Assembly: GCA_031414595.1 (NCBI GenBank) | Contig: JANNVX010000051.1 | Coordinates: 1 to 47,724, forward strand | Source: Deinococcales bacterium | GTDB lineage: Bacteria; Deinococcota; Deinococci; Deinococcales; JAAFIG01 | DNA length: 47,724 nt | Direction: 5' to 3' | Shown here: piece after piece, positions 7,517-16,613 of the stretch | Numbering within the stretch: the first letter of the stretch is position 1 | Layout: each line of letters opens with the position of its first letter | Notes under the pieces: model-generated | Databases searched by the model: none | The model's input: only the letters and a program-made list of their open reading frames with translations | What the model was told of the DNA's origin: nothing | Position numbers and translations under genes: made by a program

Positions 7517-9901
7517 ATGAAATTCACGGCTGCTCGAGTGCTGACAGGTTTCCTCGCACTTGGTTTGGTTGGTGTTGCGGCAACACAACTTAATTCTTTG
7601 GCTCAAGATAATCCCAAAGTCTTACCACGCTCGAGTAAATCTGCGACCTTGGCAATTACCACCGATGATGCTCGAGTGGTGATGGTCAATCCTGAAGATG
7701 ATTCGGTTTCAGTTTTTGACATGGACACCAATCGGCGAATCACAACCCTTAAAACAGGTGATGAACCTAGTAGTGTAGTGATTGCACCAGACGACAATAC
7801 TTTTTTTGTGGCAAATCGGGCTGATGCCACCGTGACTCGAGTTTCGGGTCTAAAAACTGGTGCATTTGTGGTTTCTGGAACAGTACAAGTCGGTTCTGAA
7901 CCAACAGGTGTGGCACTTTCGCCAACTGGTGCAAAATTATTTGTAGCCGAATTTGCCCAGTCTCGAGTTTCGGTTTGGGATACCAAAAGCATGACCCGAA
8001 TTGGAACGTGGGCGATTAAGAATCCGCGTGGTTTGGCAGTCACTAATAATGGGAATTCCGATGATAGGGATGAAACCGTGGTGATTCCAGAGTTTTACGG
8101 TAAGCCCGTGCCAGATGCCGAGGGTACGGATACCAGTCGGCTGGGTAATGTACGGCTTTTTAATGTTGGGACACTGCGCCAAGAATTGGGCATTGGACTC
8201 GAGGCATTAGACAGTGGTTTTATTCCAGATGGTACAAATAAGGGTACGGTTAAAACCAGTCCCAATCAGTTGTGGGGCGCAACCATTCAAAACGGCAAAG
8301 TCTATATGCCAAGCATCAGCGCTTCACCGGCTGCTCCCGCTAAATTTAATGGCAATGTTTACCCAGTTTTATATGTGGCAAACCTCAGCAGCAAACTCGA
8401 GGACAAGGGCGTAAACGGCACGACTAACCTCGCTAGAAAAGTCGCCGATGCGATTCCTGCAGGACAAGCTCGGCATTTTCTGGCTGATATTGTAGACCTT
8501 GGTTTTGTTGGCGAATCAAACATTGGCTATGTGCTTTCGAGGGGTGCGGATGTGGTGCAGCGCATTGTTCTCGAGCCAACTGGGATGGCATTGGGCAGCA
8601 CGTTTAACAAGCAAATTGACTTAGCCAAAGTACCGACGGGCAATAAAGCCTGTCAGACTCCGACGGGCATTGTAATTGCCCACGATGGACCAAGGGCATA
8701 TGTCAATTGTTGGATTAGTCATAACCTTGGAGTGGTGGATTTAGCCACGCAGAGTGTTAATGCCACGCTCGAGTCAACAGCCGCCCCAAGAGGCGAAGAA
8801 CTGGCAGTCAATAAAGGCGCTCGTTTTTACTTTACGGGTCGTGGACGTTGGAGCAAAGAATCTTGGTCGAGTTGTGGTTCGTGTCACCCAGACGGCTTAT
8901 CGGATAACATCACTTGGATTTTTGGGGCAGGACCTCGGCAAACTACAGCCATGGATGGCAGTTTTAGTCATGGGGCTGGCGAGCAGAAACAACGGGTCTT
9001 TAATTGGACTGGTATTTTTGATGAAGTCCATGATTTTGAACGCAACACCCGCGATGTCTCGGGTGGGTTTGGGGCAGTCACCAGTGGTGGTTGTGGCGAC
9101 CTGAACGAAGAAACCCGGACCGAACTTGGTGGGAACGTAGATAAACCCGTGCGTGAATCTCAGAACACCACACCCGGCAACTGCACCAAGGATTGGGACG
9201 AAATCGAAGCCTTCACCAAGACTGTGCGCCCAGCCAAAGCGTTGCGTGACCTTGACCCAGAAAGCGTAGCCAGAGGGGCGCAACTCTTTGGAGCGCCGAC
9301 CAACCGAGTCAACGCCGGCAATTGCACTGCTTGTCATGGTGGGGTAGGTTGGACTGTCTCGAGAGTTTTCTTTAATCCTAGCACCACAACCAATGCTGCC
9401 CTAGGCACTCAGGACTTTAAGTTACCACCCAATGTGCCAGCCACTTGGAATTTTAATACCAAACAAATCAGTACCCAAGCCCCAATTACCGACACAACCA
9501 CAGGCGCACCAGAAGCGGCAGCCGTTGCGCCTAAACAAATCAGTTGTGTGCTGCGGAATATCGGTACATTTGGTTTGCCAGGCGACACGGCTAAAACCGA
9601 TGCCCTCGAGAAAAAACCAGATGGCACTCGGGCGCAAGGACGCGGCGGCTTTAATGTACCGAGTCTGTATGGCATGAGTCTTGGCGCTCCGTTCCTGCAT
9701 CATGGTCAAGCCCAGACGCTCGAGGAGTTATTCACTGACCCACGTTGGCAGAATCACTTACGGGCAGCCAATCCTGTATTTTTAAGCAGTGGCAATACAT
9801 CTCAGAGTCGCACTGATTTAATCAATTTTATTTTATCTATAGATGCCAATACCCCAGAACAAGCTGTACCAAGTGGTTTTGACCTTTGTCCAGTTCGCTA
9901 A
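7517..9901 (+). CDS. Exported YVTN/YncE-type beta-propeller fused to a diheme cytochrome c domain (bCcP/MauG superfamily-like)
   Basis: RBS AGGAG; signal peptide; propeller repeats (VMVNPEDDSVSVFD, VGSEPTGVALSP); CGSCHPDG and CTACH; FNVPSL...APFLHHG. Confidence 0.88.
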   Translation: MKFTAARVLTGFLALGLVGVAATQLNSLAQDNPKVLPRSSKSATLAITTDDARVVMVNPEDDSVSVFDMDTNRRITTLKTGDEPSSVVIAPDDNTFFVANRADATVTRVSGLKTGAFVVSGTVQVGSEPTGVALSPTGAKLFVAEFAQSRVSVWDTKSMTRIGTWAIKNPRGLAVTNNGNSDDRDETVVIPEFYGKPVPDAEGTDTSRLGNVRLFNVGTLRQELGIGLEALDSGFIPDGTNKGTVKTSPNQLWGATIQNGKVYMPSISASPAAPAKFNGNVYPVLYVANLSSKLEDKGVNGTTNLARKVADAIPAGQARHFLADIVDLGFVGESNIGYVLSRGADVVQRIVLEPTGMALGSTFNKQIDLAKVPTGNKACQTPTGIVIAHDGPRAYVNCWISHNLGVVDLATQSVNATLESTAAPRGEELAVNKGARFYFTGRGRWSKESWSSCGSCHPDGLSDNITWIFGAGPRQTTAMDGSFSHGAGEQKQRVFNWTGIFDEVHDFERNTRDVSGGFGAVTSGGCGDLNEETRTELGGNVDKPVRESQNTTPGNCTKDWDEIEAFTKTVRPAKALRDLDPESVARGAQLFGAPTNRVNAGNCTACHGGVGWTVSRVFFNPSTTTNAALGTQDFKLPPNVPATWNFNTKQISTQAPITDTTTGAPEAAAVAPKQISCVLRNIGTFGLPGDTAKTDALEKKPDGTRAQGRGGFNVPSLYGMSLGAPFLHHGQAQTLEELFTDPRWQNHLRAANPVFLSSGNTSQSRTDLINFILSIDANTPEQAVPSGFDLCPVR

Positions 9902-9913
9902 AGTTGATACCCG

Positions 9914-9950
9914 AATACGCATACAGCAAAATTTCTGTGTGCGTATTTTT
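9914..9950 (+). terminator. Rho-independent terminator
   Basis: AATACGCATACAG-loop-CTGTGTGCGTATT followed by a T-run, just after the stop codon. Confidence 0.75.
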
Positions 9951-10073
9951 ATCGTAAGCGTTATCTGTCACACTTTTGACTTGTTCTACTCGACACAATC
10001 GCCCCAGAATTGTTAGACTGTACGAACGCTCGTTACAATTCCTATTCTCGAGCGCTCGTCCGTAGGAGGATAT

Positions 10074-11672
10074 ATGAAGAAAGCAGCAATGGCTCTGACT
10101 TTGCTCGGCACAGGTGCGTTAATCGCGGCTGTGGCACAAAGTAATAAACCTATTGTGGTTGGTTCGGTGGGGCAACCCGTTTCGTTAGCATCCGGTAAAA
10201 TCTCGGATGGCAACAGTATTTTTGTGCAACAACAAATCTATGATCGCTTACTCGAGTTTAAGGCTGGCACAGCCGAAGTCATGCCCGGTTTAGCACTCTC
10301 GGCTCGCCCTAATGCCAATGCCACCAGTTGGTTATTTACTTTGCGTGGCGGAGTTCGTTTCCATGACAACACTGTGTTAGATGCCAAAGCCGTCAAAGCC
10401 AATTTTGATTTTTGGTGGGATGACACCCGCGCGGGTTTCTTCAAGAGCGGTAACAGCATTGTTCCAGACATCTTTGAAGCCTACAAAAGCGGTAAGAGCT
10501 TAATTAAGAGCGTCGAAGTGGTCAACAACTTGCAAATTCGGGTCAATATGAACTCGCCATTTGCCAACTTAGATGAGGTCTTTGCAACAGGTTACTTTGG
10601 TATTGTCAGCCCAACCGCCCTTGCTAAAGTAGGCGAAGATAAATACGGTTCGGCAAATACTTTAGCCGTCGGTACAGGTCCATTTGTGGTCAAAAGCTGG
10701 CAGACCGGCGACCGCATTCTGCTTGAAGCCAATAAAAACTACTGGCGTAAAGGCTTGCCAAAAGCTCCTGGTATGATTGTGCGCTTTATTTCTGATGCGG
10801 CAGCTCGAGTCGCCGAACTTCGGGCTGGCAACATTGACATGATTCCAACAGGTGCATTGCCATACGACACTTTGCCTGCCCTCAAAGCTGATGCCAATGT
10901 CAAACCATTGTTCCGTCCAGGCTTTAATGTCGGTTACTTAGCCCTGAATCAAGTCGCCGAATTTGGCGGCGCAAAGAACCCACTGGCAAACCAGAAAGTT
11001 CGTTTGGCAGTTGCTAGTGCAATTGATAAAAAGTCCTTGGTCAATAGCTTCTACGGCGAATACGGCGTGACCAATGCCTACTTGCCACCAGTGGTGATGA
11101 ACTGGAGCTACCCAAAGAACCAAAAAGATTATGTCTTTAACCCAGAAGCTGCTAAGAAACTGCTTGCCGAAGCTGGCTACCCAAATGGCTTTAGCATGGA
11201 ACTCTGGTACATGCCAGTCAGCCGTCCATATTTTCCAAATGCTAAGCCACTTGCCGAAACAATGGCAAAAGACTTGGCTGCCGTTGGTATCAAAGTCGAA
11301 CTGAAATCTAAAGATTGGGGCGCATACTTAGACGATGTAGACGCTGGCAAATTCCAAGCCTACATGCTCGGTTGGACTGGCGATTACAACGACCCAGACA
11401 ACTTCTACACCCCGTTAATCGGACCCGGCACAACCAAAGAAACTGGCTACAGCAATCCTAAACTCTTTGCCCTCCTTGACGAAGCCCGTAAAGCCACCAC
11501 CAAAGCCAAAAAAGGCGAACTCTACGGACAAGTTGCCGATATTTTATTTGATGATATTGTCAAAATGCCAATTGTTCACAGCCGCCCATTGCTGGCACAC
11601 CGTGCCGCCCTTGAGGGTTGGATTCCCGGACCTCTCGGTAGCGAGCCTTTGAGCGAAGTTACTGTTAAGTAA
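10074..11672 (+). CDS. dppA: Peptide ABC transporter substrate-binding protein (family 5, DppA-like)
   Basis: RBS AGGAGG; PGLA, LRGGVRFHD, GTGPF, RPYFPN, GWTGDYNDPDNF. Confidence 0.9.
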   Translation: MKKAAMALTLLGTGALIAAVAQSNKPIVVGSVGQPVSLASGKISDGNSIFVQQQIYDRLLEFKAGTAEVMPGLALSARPNANATSWLFTLRGGVRFHDNTVLDAKAVKANFDFWWDDTRAGFFKSGNSIVPDIFEAYKSGKSLIKSVEVVNNLQIRVNMNSPFANLDEVFATGYFGIVSPTALAKVGEDKYGSANTLAVGTGPFVVKSWQTGDRILLEANKNYWRKGLPKAPGMIVRFISDAAARVAELRAGNIDMIPTGALPYDTLPALKADANVKPLFRPGFNVGYLALNQVAEFGGAKNPLANQKVRLAVASAIDKKSLVNSFYGEYGVTNAYLPPVVMNWSYPKNQKDYVFNPEAAKKLLAEAGYPNGFSMELWYMPVSRPYFPNAKPLAETMAKDLAAVGIKVELKSKDWGAYLDDVDAGKFQAYMLGWTGDYNDPDNFYTPLIGPGTTKETGYSNPKLFALLDEARKATTKAKKGELYGQVADILFDDIVKMPIVHSRPLLAHRAALEGWIPGPLGSEPLSEVTVK

Positions 11673-11680
11673 AGTATTAA

Positions 11681-11735
11681 GCTATGGGCTATGGGCTTTG
11701 AGGATTTCCCTCGAGTTCATAGCCCACAGCCCATA
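11681..11735. repeat. Heptamer (GCTWTGR) repeat arranged as an inverted-repeat hairpin
   Basis: GCTATGG-GCTATGG-GCTTTGA ... TCATAGC-CCACAGC-CCATA, with a CTCGAG in the loop. Confidence 0.75.
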
Positions 11736-11750
11736 AAAAAGGGATTTCTT

Positions 11751-12761
11751 TTGACTGCTTATTTTTTTCGTCGTTTGCTGGGTTTAGTCCCTGTGCTTCT
11801 TGGCATCAGTATTTTGGTGTTTAGTTTTGTTCGCGCTATTCCCGGCGATCCAGCAAGGGTCATGCTTGGTGAACGTGCCACCGAAGCCGCCGTGCTACAA
11901 ATCCGTAAGGACATGGGTTTAGACCGCCCTATAGTTGAACAGTACCTCAAATACATGGGTGGGCTTTTTAAGGGCGACCTCGGCACAAGTATTTTCTCAC
12001 AAATTCCAGTGGCTGATGACATGAAACGCCGTTTTCCAGCCACCCTCGAGTTAAGCCTCGCGGCGATGCTCTTTGCGCTTCTTGTAGGTGTGCCGCTCGG
12101 TATTCTAGCCGCCGTGCGGCGCAATAGCAGTGTGGATAACATTGCCATGGCAATTGCTTTAATTGGTGTCTCAATGCCCGTTTTTTGGCTTGGGATGATT
12201 ATGAAATACATTTTTTCGATTTCCACCAAAATTTTCCCGCCTTCGGCTCGAATGGATGATATTCTTTCGTTTAGTTTTGTGCCAATTACCAATATGCTCG
12301 TCTTGGACGGTATTTTACGCCTTAACCCTGCGATTGTTTGGGATGCAATGTTGCACCTTGTCATGCCCGCCGTAGCACTCGGCACAATTCCAATGGCGAT
12401 TATTGCCCGTATGACCCGCTCGAGCATGGTCGAAGTTTTAAGCCAAGACTATGTGCGGACAGCAAAGGCTAAGGGCTTAGTCCAGCGTTCAGTGATTTGG
12501 AAACACGCCCTTCGTAATGCCATGCTGCCCGTGATTACCGTGGTTGGTTTATCTTTTGGCGGACTCTTAAGTGGCGCAGTCTTAACCGAATCGATTTTTG
12601 CGTGGAGTGGCGTTGGGTCTTGGATTTACGAAGGCATTTCGCAACGCGATTACCCAGTGATTCAAAGCGGTGTGCTGCTGGTCAGTTTTGTTTTTGTGGT
12701 GGTGAACCTAATGGTGGACATGAGTTACGCCCTTTTTGATCCGAGAATTCAGTATAGATAA
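11751..12761 (+). CDS. dppB: Peptide ABC transporter permease (DppB-like)
   Basis: PGDPAR, GDLGTS, RFPATLEL, DYVRTAKAKGL, HALRNA. Start is probably the TTG at 11751, since the upstream part of the ORF call is repeat-derived. Confidence 0.92.
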   Translation: MTAYFFRRLLGLVPVLLGISILVFSFVRAIPGDPARVMLGERATEAAVLQIRKDMGLDRPIVEQYLKYMGGLFKGDLGTSIFSQIPVADDMKRRFPATLELSLAAMLFALLVGVPLGILAAVRRNSSVDNIAMAIALIGVSMPVFWLGMIMKYIFSISTKIFPPSARMDDILSFSFVPITNMLVLDGILRLNPAIVWDAMLHLVMPAVALGTIPMAIIARMTRSSMVEVLSQDYVRTAKAKGLVQRSVIWKHALRNAMLPVITVVGLSFGGLLSGAVLTESIFAWSGVGSWIYEGISQRDYPVIQSGVLLVSFVFVVVNLMVDMSYALFDPRIQYR

Positions 12762-12764
12762 ACC

Positions 12765-12788
12765 GTAGGGGCAAGGTATGCCTTGCCC
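12765..12788 (+). repeat. GTAG-family REP hairpin
   Basis: GTAG-GGGCAAGG-TATG-CCTTGCCC between dppB and dppC. Confidence 0.75.
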
Positions 12789-12803
12789 GCTCAGGAGTGA
12801 ATA

Positions 12804-13676
12804 ATGCTTGCCGCCGCAAAAATAGAAACACCTTTTTCGATTATCCGTCGTCGGTTTCGCAAGTCTGCACCGGGTAAATTTGGTTTAGCCCTAACGATTC
12901 TTTTTGTAGCGCTGGCACTGCTTGCGCCTGTGTTGCGCCCTTACGATGCCAGTATGGACGGGAACTTATCCGAAAAATTTCAAGCCCCAAGTGTGCAGCA
13001 TCTGATGGGAACAGACGACCTTGGGCGTGACATTGCGGTGCGGGTTTGGCATGGGGCGCAAATCAGTTTGCGGGTCGGCGTGATTTCGGTTTCGATTGCT
13101 TTGTTTATTGGCAGTTTTTTTGGTTTTCTGGCTGGTTTTTTTGGCGGTTGGTTTGATACGGTTCTGGGTTGGATTACCGACTTGATGCTGGCATTTCCGG
13201 GGACGCTATTGGCAATTGGAATTGTGGCAATCAGTCCTAAACCAAGTCTCGAGACAACCCTTCTTGCCATCAGCATTGTGCAAATCCCAGTCTATATTCG
13301 GCTGGCTCGCGGCAGTGTGTTGGGTCTGCGTGACCTCGAGTATGTCCAAGCTGCCAATGCGCTTGGTGCAAATCGTTTGCGGGTACTGTTTAAGCATCTT
13401 GTGCCAAATGCCTTAACGCCCTTGTTGGTGCAAGCCACCTTGTCCATCGCCACGGCGACCCTCGAGACGGCGGGCTTGGGCTTTTTGGGGCTTGGGGCGC
13501 AACCGCCAACCCCCGAATGGGGAACGATGATTGCCGATGCCTTCCGTGGGGCATACTGGGACTCTGCGCCTTGGACAACAATTTTTCCGGGGCTGGCAAT
13601 TCTGGTAAGCGTACTTGGTTATAATTTACTGGGTGATGGTCTGCGTGATGTGCTTGACCCAAGGGCAGTGAATTAG
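12804..13676 (+). CDS. dppC: Peptide ABC transporter permease (DppC-like)
   Basis: RBS AGGAG; HLMGTDDLGRD, EYVQAANALGA, FLGLGAQPPTPEWG, NLLGDGLRDVLDPR. Confidence 0.93.
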   Translation: MLAAAKIETPFSIIRRRFRKSAPGKFGLALTILFVALALLAPVLRPYDASMDGNLSEKFQAPSVQHLMGTDDLGRDIAVRVWHGAQISLRVGVISVSIALFIGSFFGFLAGFFGGWFDTVLGWITDLMLAFPGTLLAIGIVAISPKPSLETTLLAISIVQIPVYIRLARGSVLGLRDLEYVQAANALGANRLRVLFKHLVPNALTPLLVQATLSIATATLETAGLGFLGLGAQPPTPEWGTMIADAFRGAYWDSAPWTTIFPGLAILVSVLGYNLLGDGLRDVLDPRAVN

Positions 13677-13768
13677 TTTTGACAAACTCTTAAGACTGTC
13701 TCAAGGTAAGCCATTACATTTAGGGCGTATGCCACATATAAATGTCAAAAAATAGTGCAGAATAAGGC

Positions 13769-14380
13769 ATGAACCCTTCTGTTTCTCGAGAATCCTCGCC
13801 ACGTGGTGTGTCGCCGCCGCCACTCAGAACACCGCAAACCGTGCGCCTGACAGCCATTGGTGCTTTTTGTGTCTCGGTTTTAGCAGGGATGTTGGCTTCA
13901 TACCTGATGCACCTCCTGTTTGGCAGTGCAGGTCGGGCTGGGTTTGAAGACATTAACCTTGGCGGTTTGCTCGAGTTGCTGGGTTTTGTCTGTGTTTTTT
14001 CTTACGGACTGCTGTGGACTCGTCAGTTTTTTTCTTTACCAATCAGCACTTTACTTTCCTTTGGTTTAGAAACCCCGCCGGCTGCCAAGTTATTTGCCCA
14101 AAAACTCGAGGAGTTTTCGCCAAGTTCGCTCGAGATGGGACAGAGTATTGCGGTGCTGCGCGAGAATGGCAAAGCGATAGGTTTGTTTGATGGCTTGCGA
14201 GACCGCAGTCTCGAGTGGGGCAGTGTGCCGAAAGCCAGTGGCGATGTGGCAGTCACCGAGTTACGTGGCTTACTCTCCAAGCATTCGTTTGTGATTATTG
14301 CCGATGGCGACACAGTACATGGGGTTATTACCCAAGAGATGTTTATTCAGGGCTTTTGGCGCGGTGGGATTTCTAGGTAG
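13769..14380 (+). CDS. Hypothetical membrane protein with two TM helices and a degenerate CBS-like C-terminal domain
   Basis: Two hydrophobic segments, then IAVLRENGKAIGL and VIIADGDTVHGVITQ resembling CBS strands. Confidence 0.65.
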   Translation: MNPSVSRESSPRGVSPPPLRTPQTVRLTAIGAFCVSVLAGMLASYLMHLLFGSAGRAGFEDINLGGLLELLGFVCVFSYGLLWTRQFFSLPISTLLSFGLETPPAAKLFAQKLEEFSPSSLEMGQSIAVLRENGKAIGLFDGLRDRSLEWGSVPKASGDVAVTELRGLLSKHSFVIIADGDTVHGVITQEMFIQGFWRGGISR

Positions 14381-14416
14381 TTTAGAATACATAAATCTAA
14401 TGTAGTTTAGAATACA
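14377..14416. repeat. Perfect 15-bp direct repeat (two copies), possible tandem operator
   Basis: GTAGTTTAGAATACA at 14377-14391 and 14402-14416. Confidence 0.7.
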
Positions 14417-14477
14417 CAACTCCCCAATCTCGAGATGGGCGACATTGTTTCCGTGAACGCTTACGATAGCTGTTACG

Positions 14478-14828
14478 ATGTTAGCCGTTTTACTTAAACC
14501 TCAGAGCCAAAAAAAACATGACTACCGTCTGGTATACCAAACGGCAAACCACGAATCATTAAAGGCGCTGCTTGGCGTTTGGCAGGCAGTAAACCGCCAA
14601 CAGGCTTGGCATCGGTTTGAGATTTTACATGGTGGTTTGGTGTTGCTGAAACTCAAATCTGGGGTGACCGTCAGTGGAAAAATCGAGTTTATGGATGAAC
14701 AATGTACGGTGTCGTTGTTTTTGCACAGCAACCATGAACCCGTACAAATCTCAGGTTCATGGTGTCTTTGGCGCGGGGCGCTCGACTTTTGTTTTTTAGG
14801 TGAGTACCTGCTTTTTAGTCAAGATTGA
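14478..14828 (+). CDS. Hypothetical protein (116 aa)
   Basis: ATG ORF filling the gap before the convergent pckA, with a 14-nt 3' overlap. No family recognised. Confidence 0.5.
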   Translation: MLAVLLKPQSQKKHDYRLVYQTANHESLKALLGVWQAVNRQQAWHRFEILHGGLVLLKLKSGVTVSGKIEFMDEQCTVSLFLHSNHEPVQISGSWCLWRGALDFCFLGEYLLFSQD

Positions 14829-16443
14829 TGTTTGGCGCAGCCATAGAACCGATGTTTGGCGCAGCCAGTAGCACTTCTGGGCTAACACGGTGTTCAAATT
14901 GCTTAAAATTTTGGGCAAACATCAGTGCCAGTTTTTTAGCTTGGGTATCGTACTCATCACCATTTTCCCAAGCATCTCTTGGGTTTAGCACTTGACTTGG
15001 TACACCGTTAATCTCGAGTGGCATGGCAAGGTTAAAAATCGGGTGTTGAATCGTTTGGGCGTTCTCGAGTTGCCCACATAAAGCAGCCCGAATCATGGCT
15101 CGGGTGTGCTTGATGCTGATGCGTGTGCCTGTGCCATAAGCACCGCCGACCCAACCCGTATTGACCAACCAGACTTGGGTGTGGTGTTCTTCGATTTTTT
15201 CACGCAGCAAGTCGGCGTAAATATGCGGTTCCCTGGTCAGGAACGGCGCACCAAAGGCGGTTTCAAAACTGGCTTGAGGTTCGGTAATGCCTTTTTCTGT
15301 TCCCGCAACTTTGGCAGTGTAACCATTTAAGAAGTAATACATGGCTTGTTCTGGGGTCAGTTTAGAAATCGGTGGCAGCACCCCAAAAGCATCGGCGGCT
15401 AAGAAAATAATGTGTTTAGGATGTCCGCCTAGACTGGGCAAACGCGCATTCTTGAGTTGCGTTAGTGGGTAAGCGGCTCGGGTATTCTCGGTCAGGGAAT
15501 CAGAATTTAAGTCGAGTTCACGGGTCTGCATATCAAAAACCACATTCTCGAGAACCGTGCCAAAAGTGCGGGTGGTCTTGTAAATCTGTGGTTCGGCTTC
15601 GGGATTGAGTTTGATCACTTTGGCATAACAACCACCCTCAAAGTTAAATACACCTGTATCTGACCAGCCGTGTTCGTCATCGCCAATCAGGTCGCGTTCT
15701 GGGTCTGCCGAAAGCGTGGTTTTGCCTGTGCCGCTCATGCCAAAGAACAGGGCTACATCTTCGGTTTTGCCAATGTTTGCCGAGCAGTGCATCGGCATGA
15801 CATTACCGGCTGGTAACAAATGATTCAGCACCGTGAAAATACTTTTTTTGATTTCACCTGCGTAACTTGTGCCAACAATAATCACCAGTTTGCGTTTGAG
15901 GCTAATGGCAATTTGGGTCTCAGACCTCGAGCCGTGACGGTCTGGATTGGCTTTGAAACTTGGGGCGCTGATGACCGTAAAACTTGGCGTAAAAAGCGGG
16001 GTTTCGGCTTGTGGACAAGGAATAAATAAATTACGGGCAAAGTGATTATGCCACGCATTTTCGGTCACGACCCGCACCCCAAGGCGGTAACGGGTGTCTG
16101 CCCCAGCAAAGCAGTCTAAGACAAAGGCTTCTTGATTTTGGTAATGATTTAGCACATCTTGGTGCAGTGCTTCAAATTTACTTTCCTCGAGTTCTTGTTG
16201 GTATGGGCTTGCCCACCAGATTTCCGCTCCAAAAATTGGTCCGCGCACCACAAATTTGTCTTTGGCACTGCGTCCGGTGTGCTGTCCAGTGTGGGCAATA
16301 AAAGCGCCAAATCTCGAGAGCCAACCCTCACTGCGACGCACTGCTTCTTCGATTAAGCGGGTGGTTGGCAGATTGTAATGGATGGCTTTAGCCGAGAATC
16401 CTTGGGTCTCGAGTGGTGTGGCACGGGTTGAATCGCTGTGCAT
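14815..16443 (-). CDS. pckA: Phosphoenolpyruvate carboxykinase (ATP)
   Basis: TGRSAKDK, YAGEIKKS, PMHCSAN, FFGMSGTGKTTLS, IGDDEHGW, FEGGCYAK, ENTRAAYP; RBS AAGGAG. Confidence 0.98.
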   Translation of the reverse strand: MHSDSTRATPLETQGFSAKAIHYNLPTTRLIEEAVRRSEGWLSRFGAFIAHTGQHTGRSAKDKFVVRGPIFGAEIWWASPYQQELEESKFEALHQDVLNHYQNQEAFVLDCFAGADTRYRLGVRVVTENAWHNHFARNLFIPCPQAETPLFTPSFTVISAPSFKANPDRHGSRSETQIAISLKRKLVIIVGTSYAGEIKKSIFTVLNHLLPAGNVMPMHCSANIGKTEDVALFFGMSGTGKTTLSADPERDLIGDDEHGWSDTGVFNFEGGCYAKVIKLNPEAEPQIYKTTRTFGTVLENVVFDMQTRELDLNSDSLTENTRAAYPLTQLKNARLPSLGGHPKHIIFLAADAFGVLPPISKLTPEQAMYYFLNGYTAKVAGTEKGITEPQASFETAFGAPFLTREPHIYADLLREKIEEHHTQVWLVNTGWVGGAYGTGTRISIKHTRAMIRAALCGQLENAQTIQHPIFNLAMPLEINGVPSQVLNPRDAWENGDEYDTQAKKLALMFAQNFKQFEHRVSPEVLLAAPNIGSMAAPNINLD

Positions 16444-16613
16444 GTGACTCCTTAAGGTAAAGTTTATTTTTAGAACAAACGATTGTTAGGCGAAGTCTAC
16501 GCGCTAAGTGTGAAAACACGCAAGTCCAAGGTGTTACTGAAATAAGAACAGAGATTCGCGCAGGCTCAAGAATGGTTGTGTCTTAACGCCTTGGTTTGTA
16601 CTACAATGCACTG

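Noticed and set aside
11691-11750. N-terminal 20 aa of the dppB ORF call
   Set aside because: Derived from the heptamer hairpin; the permease-like sequence begins at the TTG at 11751.
14377-14416. CRISPR array
   Set aside because: Only two 15-bp copies with a 10-bp gap, and no cas genes in the window.
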